DNA of 64,000 bases from the IMG/VR virus record IMGVR_UViG_3300033143_002397; one strand, 5' to 3'. The DNA comes from an uncultured virus (IMG/VR IMGVR_UViG_3300033143_002397). Lineage: Duplodnaviria > Heunggongvirae > Uroviricota > Caudoviricetes. The translations under genes and the position numbers were made by a program. The notes under the pieces were generated by a model. The model was given only the letters and a program-made list of their open reading frames with translations, was not told the origin of the DNA and made no database searches. Positions within the stretch are counted from its first letter, which is position 1, and the number at the start of each line of letters is the position of its first letter. Of the stretch, positions 7,247 to 16,653 are shown in pieces.

Positions 7247-9625
7247 TCAGAGATTGATCTGGACTTCCTTCATCTCGACCGTGCAGGACAGCGGCTTGTC
7301 GCCCCCTACGTCGATATCGAGACTGTTCTCGTCCAGACTGGCGAACTCGGTGAACCAGGTCTGGCCCACGACGACCGCGAACTTGATGCTCGCCAGCTCG
7401 AACATGAGCTTGCGGGCATCACCGCGGGCTGACTTGAGCTGGCCGTCCAACCACGCCTCAAAGACCTGACCCTTGTCCTTGGCCTTCTTGTAAGCGTCTG
7501 ACCTCTTGAACTTCGCGACCTCTTCAGTGAAGGGGGTCATGAGGGCCATCGACGGCGTGTGCTTCTTGCCACTTGCCGTTCGATCCTGCACCGCCTTGAG
7601 CGACGGCAGCGAGCTGAGCCCCTTGAGCTTCACGTTCAGCTCCTTGCCCAGGTAGTAGTCCAGAGCCTCGGCCTGACGAACCCTCGGGTTGAAGCCATTG
7701 TAATCCGTGAGCCCCTGCTCCTGAAGCCACGCTGCGGCCTCGTCACTGTAGATGAGCTTGAAGCCCTTGCTCTCGCGAGGGAACTCAGCTTTTTTGACAC
7801 TGTTGAAGACCTTCTGGGCTGCCTTGGACTCCATCATGGCGTGCGTCTTGAGGAAGACCGCCTCGGCACTCGTGTCCTTGACCATCTGCCGGTTGATGAC
7901 CGGGAGGGCTCGCAGGTCGATGACGATGTTGACCGGGCGCCCCTGAGCCGCCTTCTTGACCCGAGTGAGGGTCGTTTCCAGAGTCTCGCCCTTGGGGTTC
8001 CGGATGGCACTCAGCGGGAAGCCAGCCTTCCGCAGGGCCATGATGGTGCCCTTGGTCATGCGGACCGGGAGCCGATTCACATTGACCAAGCCATCCTTGA
8101 TGATGGCGTAGTTGCGGTGGATGTGCGTTGGGAACTTACGGGGCACCTTCTTGTGCTCACCCTTCTTGAGCCGCTTGCTGAGATCGACCGTCCCCTCCTT
8201 GCGTACCAGGACGCTGATGTTGGGCCTCGACTCGTTGAAAGTCAGGTTGCTGACCGCGTAGCCGTTGGGCTCGGGGTCAGCCTCGAACTTGAGCGGTGGG
8301 GTCTTCTTGAGGGCCGCTAGCTCGTCCTTCAGCTCCTTGAGCTTGTCCTTGTCCTTCTCGACATCGATCTGCTCTTGCAGCTCTTCCATCTGCCGGACCG
8401 AGGCATCGACCGTCCCCCGGCCGATGCGGCTGTAGGCGAAGTCGTCGCTGTCGAGCAGCAGGCGGTTATCCTCATCGTCGTTGAGGATTCGTAGCAGGTC
8501 GAGCACCGTGAAGGCGTCGTCCTGGGGGACCTTCTTGGGGTCCCAGCCTTCCTCCAGACGGTCCTCAGCCGAGAACGCTGCGACCTTCGCTCGATCCATG
8601 AACTCGCTGTACTTCTGCTTGCCGAAGCAGCCTGAGAAGGCCGAGATGAACCCCACGTCTCCCAGAGCCTTGAGCAGGGAGTAGACCACGTTGGGCTTCA
8701 TCCGCTGAGCATAGAGGCTCACGGCGGCGTAGATCGCTGCCATCGCCTGCTCGTTCTTGTGCGTCCCCTTCGAGGCCGCCTTGGCGATGTTGGCGATGTC
8801 CTCACCGTTCACGTTGCCCACGGCGTTGGGGCTCATGTACCAGACCTCAGCGATGTCCTCAGGCACCGCCACCGAGTCTCCCTCGATCCCGTAAGCGATG
8901 AGGTCACCGTCGGACAGGGCAAACGCGAACCCCTCGATGGGGTCGCCACCTAGCGTGACCTCCTTGCGGGGAGCACCTGAGATCTTCTTGCCCATGGCCG
9001 CCTCGAAGGTCGGGGCATAACGGTCGAAGTCCTCGTTGAAGATGAGGGTGCCGCCCGCTTTCTCAGCCATGCGAGTGAGCAGGGGTCGGTCCGCGTAGAA
9101 GCCGTACTCGACGAACGTGGCCGAGGCGAGACCGCCAGCGACCTCTTCGGTGGCCTTGATGATCTCCTGCCGACCCCACTGATTGTCGTGACCGTCGCTC
9201 ATGAAGAACAGGCTGAAGACGCTCTTGGGCCGCTTCTTGCCGATGCGCTCAACCAGCGCACGAGCCTCCTGGAGGGGTTCCTTGAAGCCGGTGAGGCAGA
9301 CGGGGCGTAGCCATCGGTCGATGGCCTGGTTGAGGGCCTGGAGGTCCGTGAGGGTCGCTACAGGCTCAGCCTCCAACAGGGTACCGAACTGCCCTCGACC
9401 ACTGAACCAGACGATGCTGATCGTGTCGTCTTGATCAAGGAGCTTCGGGAGCTTCTTCTTGAGCTGCTCACGGATCTTGGGCAGGTCCCAGCTCATGCTT
9501 CCGGAACAGTCGATGACCAGGATGTGGTTGGTGGCCACCTTGGCAGGCTTGGCCGTCTTCTTCTTGGACCCTACTTCCTGCTGAACGAGGAAAAGTGAGT
9601 CCGCTACCTTGTACGATGTCGCCAT
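7247..9625 (-). CDS. large von Willebrand factor A (vWA) domain protein
   Basis: MIDAS motif ILVIDCSGSM and FFMSDG; start ATG9625 with GGAG SD; motif A at 9666-9673. Confidence 0.85.
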   Translation of the reverse strand: MATSYKVADSLFLVQQEVGSKKKTAKPAKVATNHILVIDCSGSMSWDLPKIREQLKKKLPKLLDQDDTISIVWFSGRGQFGTLLEAEPVATLTDLQALNQAIDRWLRPVCLTGFKEPLQEARALVERIGKKRPKSVFSLFFMSDGHDNQWGRQEIIKATEEVAGGLASATFVEYGFYADRPLLTRMAEKAGGTLIFNEDFDRYAPTFEAAMGKKISGAPRKEVTLGGDPIEGFAFALSDGDLIAYGIEGDSVAVPEDIAEVWYMSPNAVGNVNGEDIANIAKAASKGTHKNEQAMAAIYAAVSLYAQRMKPNVVYSLLKALGDVGFISAFSGCFGKQKYSEFMDRAKVAAFSAEDRLEEGWDPKKVPQDDAFTVLDLLRILNDDEDNRLLLDSDDFAYSRIGRGTVDASVRQMEELQEQIDVEKDKDKLKELKDELAALKKTPPLKFEADPEPNGYAVSNLTFNESRPNISVLVRKEGTVDLSKRLKKGEHKKVPRKFPTHIHRNYAIIKDGLVNVNRLPVRMTKGTIMALRKAGFPLSAIRNPKGETLETTLTRVKKAAQGRPVNIVIDLRALPVINRQMVKDTSAEAVFLKTHAMMESKAAQKVFNSVKKAEFPRESKGFKLIYSDEAAAWLQEQGLTDYNGFNPRVRQAEALDYYLGKELNVKLKGLSSLPSLKAVQDRTASGKKHTPSMALMTPFTEEVAKFKRSDAYKKAKDKGQVFEAWLDGQLKSARGDARKLMFELASIKFAVVVGQTWFTEFASLDENSLDIDVGGDKPLSCTVEMKEVQINL

Positions 9626-9682
9626 GCGATGTCTCCGGATGTTCTGAAGGTTCTGAGGGGGTACATACACCGGCGGAACCCC

Positions 9683-10222
9683 TTATGTGTCTGGCGGTTG
9701 TGCCGCAGCGATAAGCTGGATGATCGCGGAGATCGACCCGGACGTTATTGAGGTGCTATGGAGCGAGACCCCTAGGGCTTTGGCCGTCTTGCCCAGCTGC
9801 TCGGGAGTCACTTCTGGAAGAGGGGCCTCAAGTACCTGCTGAGCGTCCTCGATTCCTGCCTGAACGCGAGAGATCAGCTCAGAAGCTCTGGGCTGATCTA
9901 TCCAGCGCTCCATGATGGCAGGGAACGTGGTCATCGGAGCCTGGCCGTGGCAGAAGGAACACAGAAGCACGAGGTTGCTAGGCTCGTTCGAGCCCCCAGT
10001 GCCCTTCGCAATGATGTGAGCCCGCTCCAGCTCAGATCGGTTCCACCGATCCGGAACCCTCTTCCTTCTGTCCCAGCTTTCCTTGAAGTGGCCGCAGGCA
10101 AAGCAAGCAGGCTCTCCCAAGTCCACCACCCAGAGGGGCTTCCTCGCGGCCCAAAATGAGGCGATCTCCCAACGACTCGGAAGTGCCCGCCCCACACCCT
10201 TCGTACCCTTGCGGACTGACAT
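9683..10222 (-). CDS. HNH endonuclease
   Basis: CFAC...ERAHIIAKGTGGSNEPSNLVLLCSFCH, a zinc-binding HNH pattern; motif A 9 nt upstream. Confidence 0.85.
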   Translation of the reverse strand: MSVRKGTKGVGRALPSRWEIASFWAARKPLWVVDLGEPACFACGHFKESWDRRKRVPDRWNRSELERAHIIAKGTGGSNEPSNLVLLCSFCHGQAPMTTFPAIMERWIDQPRASELISRVQAGIEDAQQVLEAPLPEVTPEQLGKTAKALGVSLHSTSITSGSISAIIQLIAAAQPPDT

Positions 10223-10286
10223 TCACGTCCATACACCGGTGAGCCCCCTCGAATGACGACTGATCCTCTTGTGCAGCCGCTTGGGC

Positions 10287-10880
10287 ATGAAGAAGATCGC
10301 CACGCCCCAGGACCTTCAGGCTGAGTTGCGTCAGCTCCTTGCCTACAGCCAGGGCGAGACCCCCGAGCGTGGGCGTATCGCAGCTGCTCTCACCTCGATG
10401 GCCGACCGCCTGGCCGCCAGCGATTCCAAGCTGGAGAAGGCCCTCAAGGGCTACCTTCACCACGTGAAGGGCACCAAACCGAAGTACCAGCCTCCCAAGT
10501 CGCTCACAGAGCACGTGAAGCGAGCCCTGGCCCAGGGAGAAGACGAGCAGCGGAAGGCCCTCAAGGGGATCATCCACCACAACCAGGGCACCAAGGAAGA
10601 GTACCAGCTCCCCAACTCTCTGATGCGGCAGCTCCAGGGCGTAACGGCGAGCACCAAGACCGCCATGGACTCCGACGAAGAGGAACTCTACGACGCTGTC
10701 TGGATGATCGCCTCCAACGACGGCGCCTCCTACAAGAAGAAGGACGCCAAGGGAGCTGTCTCGAAAGCGTGGCGAGAGTGGCAGAAGCTCGAAGGCCAAC
10801 GCAACCGTGAGAACTGGCGGAGCGTCGAGAAGCAGATGGTCAAAGACCTGACCGAGCGGTGGAACAAGGGCGAGGTCTAG
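10287..10880 (+). CDS. shared-leader family protein 2 (MKKIATPQDLQAEL...), inverted orientation
   Basis: Leader homologous to 6468 and 32876; plus-strand motif B at 10264-10273; internal repeat KALKGxxHHxxGTKxxYQxPxSL with 39-aa spacing. Confidence 0.8.
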   Translation: MKKIATPQDLQAELRQLLAYSQGETPERGRIAAALTSMADRLAASDSKLEKALKGYLHHVKGTKPKYQPPKSLTEHVKRALAQGEDEQRKALKGIIHHNQGTKEEYQLPNSLMRQLQGVTASTKTAMDSDEEELYDAVWMIASNDGASYKKKDAKGAVSKAWREWQKLEGQRNRENWRSVEKQMVKDLTERWNKGEV

Positions 10881-10886
10881 ACCCCC

Positions 10887-11111
10887 TCAGAGCCCCTCTG
10901 AGGGCTCCGTGGGCTTGGACGACCTCTGAGCCCACTCTTGCTTCCAACGACGCTCTAGGGCCACGCAGGGCTCGCAGATGATGGCTCTGCGGCCGTTGAC
11001 CCAGAAGCAGTCACGGCAACAGTGGAAGCCGTTGCTACAGAACTGGATGAGGTCGTAGTGCGGCTTCTGGTAGGGCTTGCCGCAGGTGGAGCACAGCCCA
11101 AGCTGTGTCAC
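10887..11111 (-). CDS. small Cys-rich (zinc-binding) protein
   Basis: GTG11111 overlaps the upstream TGA (GTGA); CSTC, C, CCRDC, CEPC. Confidence 0.55.
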   Translation of the reverse strand: MTQLGLCSTCGKPYQKPHYDLIQFCSNGFHCCRDCFWVNGRRAIICEPCVALERRWKQEWAQRSSKPTEPSEGL

Positions 11112-11266
11112 TTGTCCTTCTTGTCCTTCTTGTCCTTCTTGTCCTTCTTGCCTTTTGGATCGAGCCCAGTCGGGATCTCCAGGTACGGGTGCTTCTGCAC
11201 CAGGAGTGCCATCTCTCCCTGAGCTTGCTCGGGGTAGCATGTCTGTGCTCCGTGTTTGATCAGCAT
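11108..11266 (-). CDS. 52-aa small protein ending in (KKD)4K, absent from the ORF track
   Basis: MLIKHGAQTCYPEQAQGEMALLVQKHPYLEIPTGLDPKGKKDKKDKKDKKDK*; motif A variant TTCGTGTA exactly 10 nt upstream. Confidence 0.55.
   Translation of the reverse strand: MLIKHGAQTCYPEQAQGEMALLVQKHPYLEIPTGLDPKGKKDKKDKKDKKDK
11111..11150. repeat. 9-bp tandem repeat (CTTGTCCTT), about 4 copies
   Basis: Read directly from the sequence. Confidence 0.9.
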
Positions 11267-11273
11267 GAACCCT

Positions 11274-11313
11274 AAATACACGAAGGCCCCGCCCCCGTGA
11301 AGGGACAGGGCCT
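11274..11313 (-). terminator. putative intrinsic terminator after the major capsid gene
   Basis: Minus-strand AGGCCCTGTCCC-TTCAC-GGGGGCGGGGCCT stem followed by TCGTGTATTT (weak U tract). Confidence 0.6.
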
Positions 11314-11335
11314 AGGTGGGCTCACGCCGCGAGGG

Positions 11336-12214
11336 CTAGAACCTGGTGATGACCATCCTGGTCAGACCGCGGGGGTTGAACGCCCCGATGCCCACGTTCT
11401 GGAAGCAGCTGAACCCGATGGTCCGTGCCTTGGGATCGTCGGCGCTCAGAACCGTCAGCTCGGTGCGGACGGGGAAGCGGCCGAAGTTCTCGGGCTCTGC
11501 GCAGATGTAGACGAAGCCGGCGGGCACGAGCCGACTGGTGATGATCTGAGCGCCCCAGAGGGTGGCTTGCAGACCGGTCTTCAGCAGGGTCGCCTGAGAC
11601 TCGATGTCCAGGATGTCCCGACCGAACTTGCGGATGTCGGCGTAGTCGACGGCGTTCATGTAGATTCGCGCTACACGAAGGTCGTGACGCTCCACCTCGG
11701 CGAATGCATCCGCGAGGACGCTCGGAGAGATGGGGGCGACGACGGCCACGTCGGGGTTCGTCTGCCCAGGCAACGTATCGAAGCCCGAGACAGCGATGCT
11801 GTCCAGAACTGCGAAGACACGCTCGTCCTCGGCGGCCTGGATCTGGGCCTTGGCGAGGTCCTGCGACCTCTCCACCAGATCGAACCGACGCTCCTTGACC
11901 TGGGTCAGGGGGATCTCGGGGTTCGAGGCGATCTCGAACAACGGGAAAATGACCCTGCGAGGCTTCTGGATCGCGAGGATGTTCTGGCCCTCTTCGCCGA
12001 CGACAAAGGCCGTAACCTCTGGATCTTTGTCGTAAATCGGGAGTGCGCCGTCTGGCAAACTCTCGACGAGGAATGTACGTCGACCTACGGCCGTGTAGTC
12101 CCTCCTGAGTCGAAGTGGTTGGATCATCGAAGCGGCCAACTTGGCCCGGCCCGCGGCCGTCTTGATGTACTCCGAGATGATCTGCTGCTTGGCTTGGTTG
12201 CTGATGCGATTCAT
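11336..12214 (-). CDS. major capsid protein (HK97-like fold)
   Basis: Follows protease, scaffold and decoration genes; strong SD and biased codons; IYMN...GLQATLWGAQIITSRLVPAG is typical of HK97-fold A/P domains; terminator downstream. Confidence 0.85.
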   Translation of the reverse strand: MNRISNQAKQQIISEYIKTAAGRAKLAASMIQPLRLRRDYTAVGRRTFLVESLPDGALPIYDKDPEVTAFVVGEEGQNILAIQKPRRVIFPLFEIASNPEIPLTQVKERRFDLVERSQDLAKAQIQAAEDERVFAVLDSIAVSGFDTLPGQTNPDVAVVAPISPSVLADAFAEVERHDLRVARIYMNAVDYADIRKFGRDILDIESQATLLKTGLQATLWGAQIITSRLVPAGFVYICAEPENFGRFPVRTELTVLSADDPKARTIGFSCFQNVGIGAFNPRGLTRMVITRF

Positions 12215-12241
12215 CGTCGTGTTCTCCTTCCCTCTCGCCGA

Positions 12242-12862
12242 TCAGACCCGAAGGTCAAGGACCATGAGTGAGTTGTCGGCGTCAGGGGCGACCTTGACGA
12301 TGCCCATGAGGGTGATGCTTTCGAGTGCGGCAACAACCTGCCACTCGTAGGCGTCCGCTGCTCGGTTGGTGAGCAGTCCGTTGACGGAGGCGTACAGAGC
12401 GTCGCCGACCGCGTAGGTGAGAGCGGCGGAGCCACCACCCATCTGTTCTTGCGTCTCCCAGAGCTGCACACCGATGGTCCCTTGACCACTGACGTACGGC
12501 CCGCGCCCACTGGCGACGCCAGGGGTGTTCTCGAACGCATTGCCGACGGAGTCGTTCAGGAAGACGCCGAGGGGCTTCTGGCCAGCGACGTATGCCGCTC
12601 CGACCAGGACTGGTCCGCCGTGATGCCCGTTCCCGGAGTCGGGGCGGGTGAAGGCGATGGATGCGCTCAGAACACCAGTCTTGGTGATGCCTGAGAGCGT
12701 GGTTGAGACGTTGGCTGCCGTAGTGACAATCGGGGGGGTTGCCTGGGTGAACGCATCTGCCGAGAGAACTCCCAGCGCGTTGCGAATCCCCATGTGGTAG
12801 AGCTGGACTCGCCCACTGGTTTCTCCGAAGTCACCCGAGCCTTGGCCGAGGGATAGAGGCAT
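12242..12862 (-). CDS. head decoration/cement protein
   Basis: Between scaffold and capsid; Gly/Ala/Val-rich with YAVGDALYASVNGLLTN; SD AGGAG. Confidence 0.7.
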   Translation of the reverse strand: MPLSLGQGSGDFGETSGRVQLYHMGIRNALGVLSADAFTQATPPIVTTAANVSTTLSGITKTGVLSASIAFTRPDSGNGHHGGPVLVGAAYVAGQKPLGVFLNDSVGNAFENTPGVASGRGPYVSGQGTIGVQLWETQEQMGGGSAALTYAVGDALYASVNGLLTNRAADAYEWQVVAALESITLMGIVKVAPDADNSLMVLDLRV

Positions 12863-12942
12863 TTGCTTTTCTCCTGATACCTAGGTTGCTGGGGTCACTC
12901 TCATCTACATCTACATCTGGGGGATTCGCGGGGACTCGCTGG

Positions 12943-14283
12943 CTACTCGCCGTTGAAGACGCCGCTCATGTCGGGAGCCGACTTCCACATGCTGGAAAGC
13001 TTGTCGATCTCATTGCCCTCAGAGGGAGCACCCGCAGCTGCGGCACCGCCGAGCTGAGAGACGCCGCCAGTTGGGCGGGTTCCGACCGTTCTCGTGGAGG
13101 CGGTACGGGTGGTGCCCGTTGCCGTCACCGGAGCTTGTTGCTGCACGGGGATACCCGTGCGGAGGGCCTCTGCCTGCTGGGCGTCTTGGACCTCTGGGTT
13201 GGACGCGAAGAGCTGGCCAAGGACTGCGTCCTCGGGACCGAGGGGTGTCTCGCCGATGTCCATGACGGCACCGTCGAGCTGGATGTCCATGGGCTCGCCC
13301 TGGATGACCTGCTCACCCTGAGCCATCTCGTCCTGAAGCATCTGGTCGAGCATCTGGTCGTCGCTCAGGACCTTCGAGTCGATGGCCTGCTGAGGCATCT
13401 GCTGCTGCTGCTGCATACCCTGCTGCTGCTGAACGGCCTGCTGGACCATCTGCTGAACCTGCTCAGCGATGGTGAAGGCGGTACCAGAACCGGTGCCCTG
13501 CTTCTGCTGGGTCGCGTCCTCTTCGTCGGCCTCTTGGCCCTTCTGCTGCTGACCCTGGCCTTGACCCTCGGCCTGCTGGCCTTCCTGGTCCTGCTCCTGG
13601 TCTTGCTGCTGCTTCTTTTGGGCAGCCTGCTTGGCTTCGGCTTCGTCCTCTTCCTCGTCGGACTCTTGCTTCTGCTGCTGGGCAGCTTGGACCTGACGCT
13701 GAACCATCGACGCGATGATCTGCTGGGCCGCGTTCTGGTCACCAGCCTGAAGAGCGGCGGCGGCCTTTTTGGCATCGTCGTCGTCCTTCTTGGCGTCATC
13801 GCCGTCCTTGGCCTTGTCCTTCATCTTCTGCTGCTGCTCCAAGAACTCGGGCGGGACCTTGCCCTTGGCGAGGCGGGTGGCCGTCTCGATCAGCTCGACA
13901 TCAGGAAGGTGCATCAGGGCATACGCCTGGTCCTCGACAGCAGCCTCAGCCGCCGTGGGGAGCATGTCGCGAGCGACCTTGATGCAGACCTCGGCCTTCT
14001 TGTTCAGGGTCTCTTCGTCGAGCCCCGCGGTCTTGGAGTCAGGCAACATCTCGGGCATCCCGATCTCGTTGCGCTTGGTCTCGCCGCCGGCCTGCTCCGC
14101 CTTCCAGTTGGGAGGGGTAACATCCTCAGCGAACTCCGAGGGGCCGCCAGTAACGTAGGCGTCCGCAGCGGGTTGCTGCGAAAGGTGATCTTGGTTCATC
14201 GCACGAGGGTCTTCAGCAACTCGGCCCTGACTGGCCCTCTTTGCGATCTCTTCACGGTTCCAAGTAGTGCGCTCGCGCGTCAT
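12943..14283 (-). CDS. putative scaffolding protein (Gln/Glu-rich)
   Basis: Low-complexity helical sequence between protease and capsid genes; motif B variant upstream. Confidence 0.65.
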   Translation of the reverse strand: MTRERTTWNREEIAKRASQGRVAEDPRAMNQDHLSQQPAADAYVTGGPSEFAEDVTPPNWKAEQAGGETKRNEIGMPEMLPDSKTAGLDEETLNKKAEVCIKVARDMLPTAAEAAVEDQAYALMHLPDVELIETATRLAKGKVPPEFLEQQQKMKDKAKDGDDAKKDDDDAKKAAAALQAGDQNAAQQIIASMVQRQVQAAQQQKQESDEEEDEAEAKQAAQKKQQQDQEQDQEGQQAEGQGQGQQQKGQEADEEDATQQKQGTGSGTAFTIAEQVQQMVQQAVQQQQGMQQQQQMPQQAIDSKVLSDDQMLDQMLQDEMAQGEQVIQGEPMDIQLDGAVMDIGETPLGPEDAVLGQLFASNPEVQDAQQAEALRTGIPVQQQAPVTATGTTRTASTRTVGTRPTGGVSQLGGAAAAGAPSEGNEIDKLSSMWKSAPDMSGVFNGE

Positions 14284-14300
14284 GGTTGATACCTTCCTCT

Positions 14301-14324
14301 GCCCTTTCAGGGGATATAAAGAGA
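14301..14324 (-). promoter_or_regulatory. Motif B variant followed by a CCC-TGAAA-GGG hairpin
   Basis: Minus strand TTCTCTTTATATCCCCTGAAAGGGCAGAGGAAGG upstream of ATG14283. Confidence 0.5.
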
Positions 14325-14344
14325 ATCACGACTCTTGGAGGCCA

Positions 14345-15829
14345 TCAGCGCCCAAGGTCGTACAATCTCCCTTTCACAGTCAGGGCATCCGCCTCGGAGC
14401 CCGTAAGCGTTCTTCCGACCACCCGACGACAAGCCGTCAGGTAACTTTCTACATCTCCATATGGGGCCAGACCTCCAACAGCGATGATCGTCCGATACAG
14501 ACGACCTTCGCCTGCGACCTTGGTTGTTTGACCAAAGAGGTCCAACAACCGGGAGATCGCAAGGATGTCTGAGCCCTTGAACTTCTTGGCTGCCTGAACA
14601 GCCTTCCAGCCCCCGCTGCGGTACAGGAGCAGCCCCAACAGCATCCGACGAGACTGACGGGGATCACGGACCTTGGCCTGGACCACCTTCGCAATTGCTC
14701 GCCACTGAGGGTTGCTGAACGCCTCTTTGACCATCGTCTCATTGAGGTTCTCGTGAAGGTCGGCGCTGGGGACCTGCTTGTCGGTCATCTCTCCGCGGAC
14801 CTTGTCGAGAGCCTTCTCGCGGATGAAATCAGCCATCTCACCGATGGCGGTATCCAGGGGATCGTCCTTCTTCTCTTCGTCGCCACCCTCTTCGCCGCCA
14901 CCCTCGGACTCATCACCGAAGTCGAACTGAGACATCCTTCGACCAGCAGCTCGGCTCATGGCTCCAGGGTCCACCAAGCGGGTCGGCTGATTGAAGGCCA
15001 CCTGGACCTTACCGCCGAGAGCAGCAGCCTGCTCAGGGGTGAGGATGCTGCGAAGAACAGCGCCGGTGAAGGCGGGGTTGGCTACCCAGCTCGCCTCGAT
15101 GAACTTGACGCTGCCGGGCTCGGCCGTGACGTGTCCACACAGCTCGGCGATCTTCCGTTGCTGTCCCAGGGCATCGACGAACGAGTTGCCCTTCTGGTAG
15201 CGAATGTGCGAGCAGAGCTGGGCCTCGTCCTCGGCCACGTTGCCGCATTTGGTGCAGATCGTGAAGCCGACCTGGCAACCCATCGAGAGGGTCTGAAGCT
15301 GACCGGACTGAACCGCCGCGATGAGGGGTCGGTGCTTGAGGTCCGTCGCGACCAGGATGTCGACGTAGACGCTGTCACCAATGTCCCTGGCGGCGGCGTC
15401 TATGATCTTGCCCTTGCTCAGCTCGGGGATCTGGAGATGCTCGACGTAGTTCTCACCACCAACGAAGGTGCGGAAGCATGCGAGCAGGAGCTTGCGCTCC
15501 CAGGCGTCGTTGTTGTTGTTGACGTACTTCGAGGTCTCTGGGGTCACCAGATAGTCGTTGAACTGGCGGTCGATCTGGAAACCCTCGACCAGCTGCCGCC
15601 CGAGGGTAGCGTTGACGGTCTTCTCGGTGTCGACCGAGGCAATGATGGTGCAGTGGCTCAGCAGAAACTGGTCCGGCTGGTACTGCTGGAGGATGACGTT
15701 GTTGTTGGCGGTCCGACTATCAAAGGCGGTCCCCATGGCCGTCGCCTGAGCACGAACGTCTGCCTCCCAATCGGCCATGGTGATGGCCGCTTTCGTGACA
15801 GTTGCTCGGGCGTACTTCAGAAAGGCCAT
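14345..15829 (-). CDS. prohead maturation protease
   Basis: NNNDAW, YVEH, KGKIIDA, LSMGC and EASWVANPAF match the HK97/herpes-type protease His/Ser arrangement with a Cys-rich insert; start refined to ATG15829. Confidence 0.8.
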   Translation of the reverse strand: MAFLKYARATVTKAAITMADWEADVRAQATAMGTAFDSRTANNNVILQQYQPDQFLLSHCTIIASVDTEKTVNATLGRQLVEGFQIDRQFNDYLVTPETSKYVNNNNDAWERKLLLACFRTFVGGENYVEHLQIPELSKGKIIDAAARDIGDSVYVDILVATDLKHRPLIAAVQSGQLQTLSMGCQVGFTICTKCGNVAEDEAQLCSHIRYQKGNSFVDALGQQRKIAELCGHVTAEPGSVKFIEASWVANPAFTGAVLRSILTPEQAAALGGKVQVAFNQPTRLVDPGAMSRAAGRRMSQFDFGDESEGGGEEGGDEEKKDDPLDTAIGEMADFIREKALDKVRGEMTDKQVPSADLHENLNETMVKEAFSNPQWRAIAKVVQAKVRDPRQSRRMLLGLLLYRSGGWKAVQAAKKFKGSDILAISRLLDLFGQTTKVAGEGRLYRTIIAVGGLAPYGDVESYLTACRRVVGRTLTGSEADALTVKGRLYDLGR

Positions 15830-15833
15830 GTGC

Positions 15834-16562
15834 TCACCACTCCACGGGGGCGCCGTCGGGGCCGAAGATGTCGTCCCGCTTGATGATGAAGAGGTCCGCC
15901 GGACAAGCAAACAGCTTCATCCGTGTCCCCTCAGCCATCTTGTAGACGGTCTTGCGCATCGGGGATCCGCAACGAGGACAGTTGGGCCTCTTGGAAGCGA
16001 TCTCTTGCCGAGTAGCCCGATGCTGTCGACCCGATGCTGCCCAGTAGGTCGCCGTCTTGCGGGCCAACTGTTGTAGGAACATGTCCGAGCTGTTGTGAGC
16101 GAAGAGGTAGAACTTCTTGACCTCATCGCGAATGGGCTCATCTTCCGCGAACGAAGCAAAGCGATGCCACAGCTCGTCGTAGGCTCGAACCTCACCGGCT
16201 CCCTTGTGGAAGAGCTTGGCTAAAGCCGGATGGAACCCGAGGGGGACCTCAGTCGTGCGCCAGAGGTTGACAGGGACCTTGGAGGCCGCCCGAATCTGGG
16301 CCTGCTGAGCGTCCTGACCAGGGTACCAGGAGAAATCGAGAGACGGAGGCAGGTACGCCGTGAACTCCGGATTGACCCGAATCAACTCTTCGGGGCTGAC
16401 GCGCTCATTGCCGAACGGCCACTGGACATCGAGGAATCCAATCCCTCGGAGGACGGCGGTCACCCGCCCGTAGTAGGGGGACAGCCCGCTGAAGCCCGGA
16501 ACGAACTTCTGCACGATGTCACCGGACTTGAAGTCCTTGGTCAGTTTCCAGTAGTCGATCAT
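15834..16562 (-). CDS. hypothetical protein with C-terminal zinc ribbon
   Basis: CPRC...ACPAD; KTA boundary before the C-terminal module. Confidence 0.75.
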   Translation of the reverse strand: MIDYWKLTKDFKSGDIVQKFVPGFSGLSPYYGRVTAVLRGIGFLDVQWPFGNERVSPEELIRVNPEFTAYLPPSLDFSWYPGQDAQQAQIRAASKVPVNLWRTTEVPLGFHPALAKLFHKGAGEVRAYDELWHRFASFAEDEPIRDEVKKFYLFAHNSSDMFLQQLARKTATYWAASGRQHRATRQEIASKRPNCPRCGSPMRKTVYKMAEGTRMKLFACPADLFIIKRDDIFGPDGAPVEW

Positions 16563-16653
16563 GAGCCCGTGTCACCCAAAAGAGAAGGCCAGCCGAGAAG
16601 GATTCCCCCTCGACTGGCAGACAACGGCAACAAGCCTGGGACCATCAAACAGC

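Noticed and set aside
10887..11240. 117-aa ORF with GQE repeats from the track
   Set aside because: Better explained as two coupled genes, 11108..11266 and 10887..11111.
12900..12918. Short (CATCTA)n repeat between scaffold and decoration genes
   Set aside because: Under three copies, not seen elsewhere; too little to assign a function.
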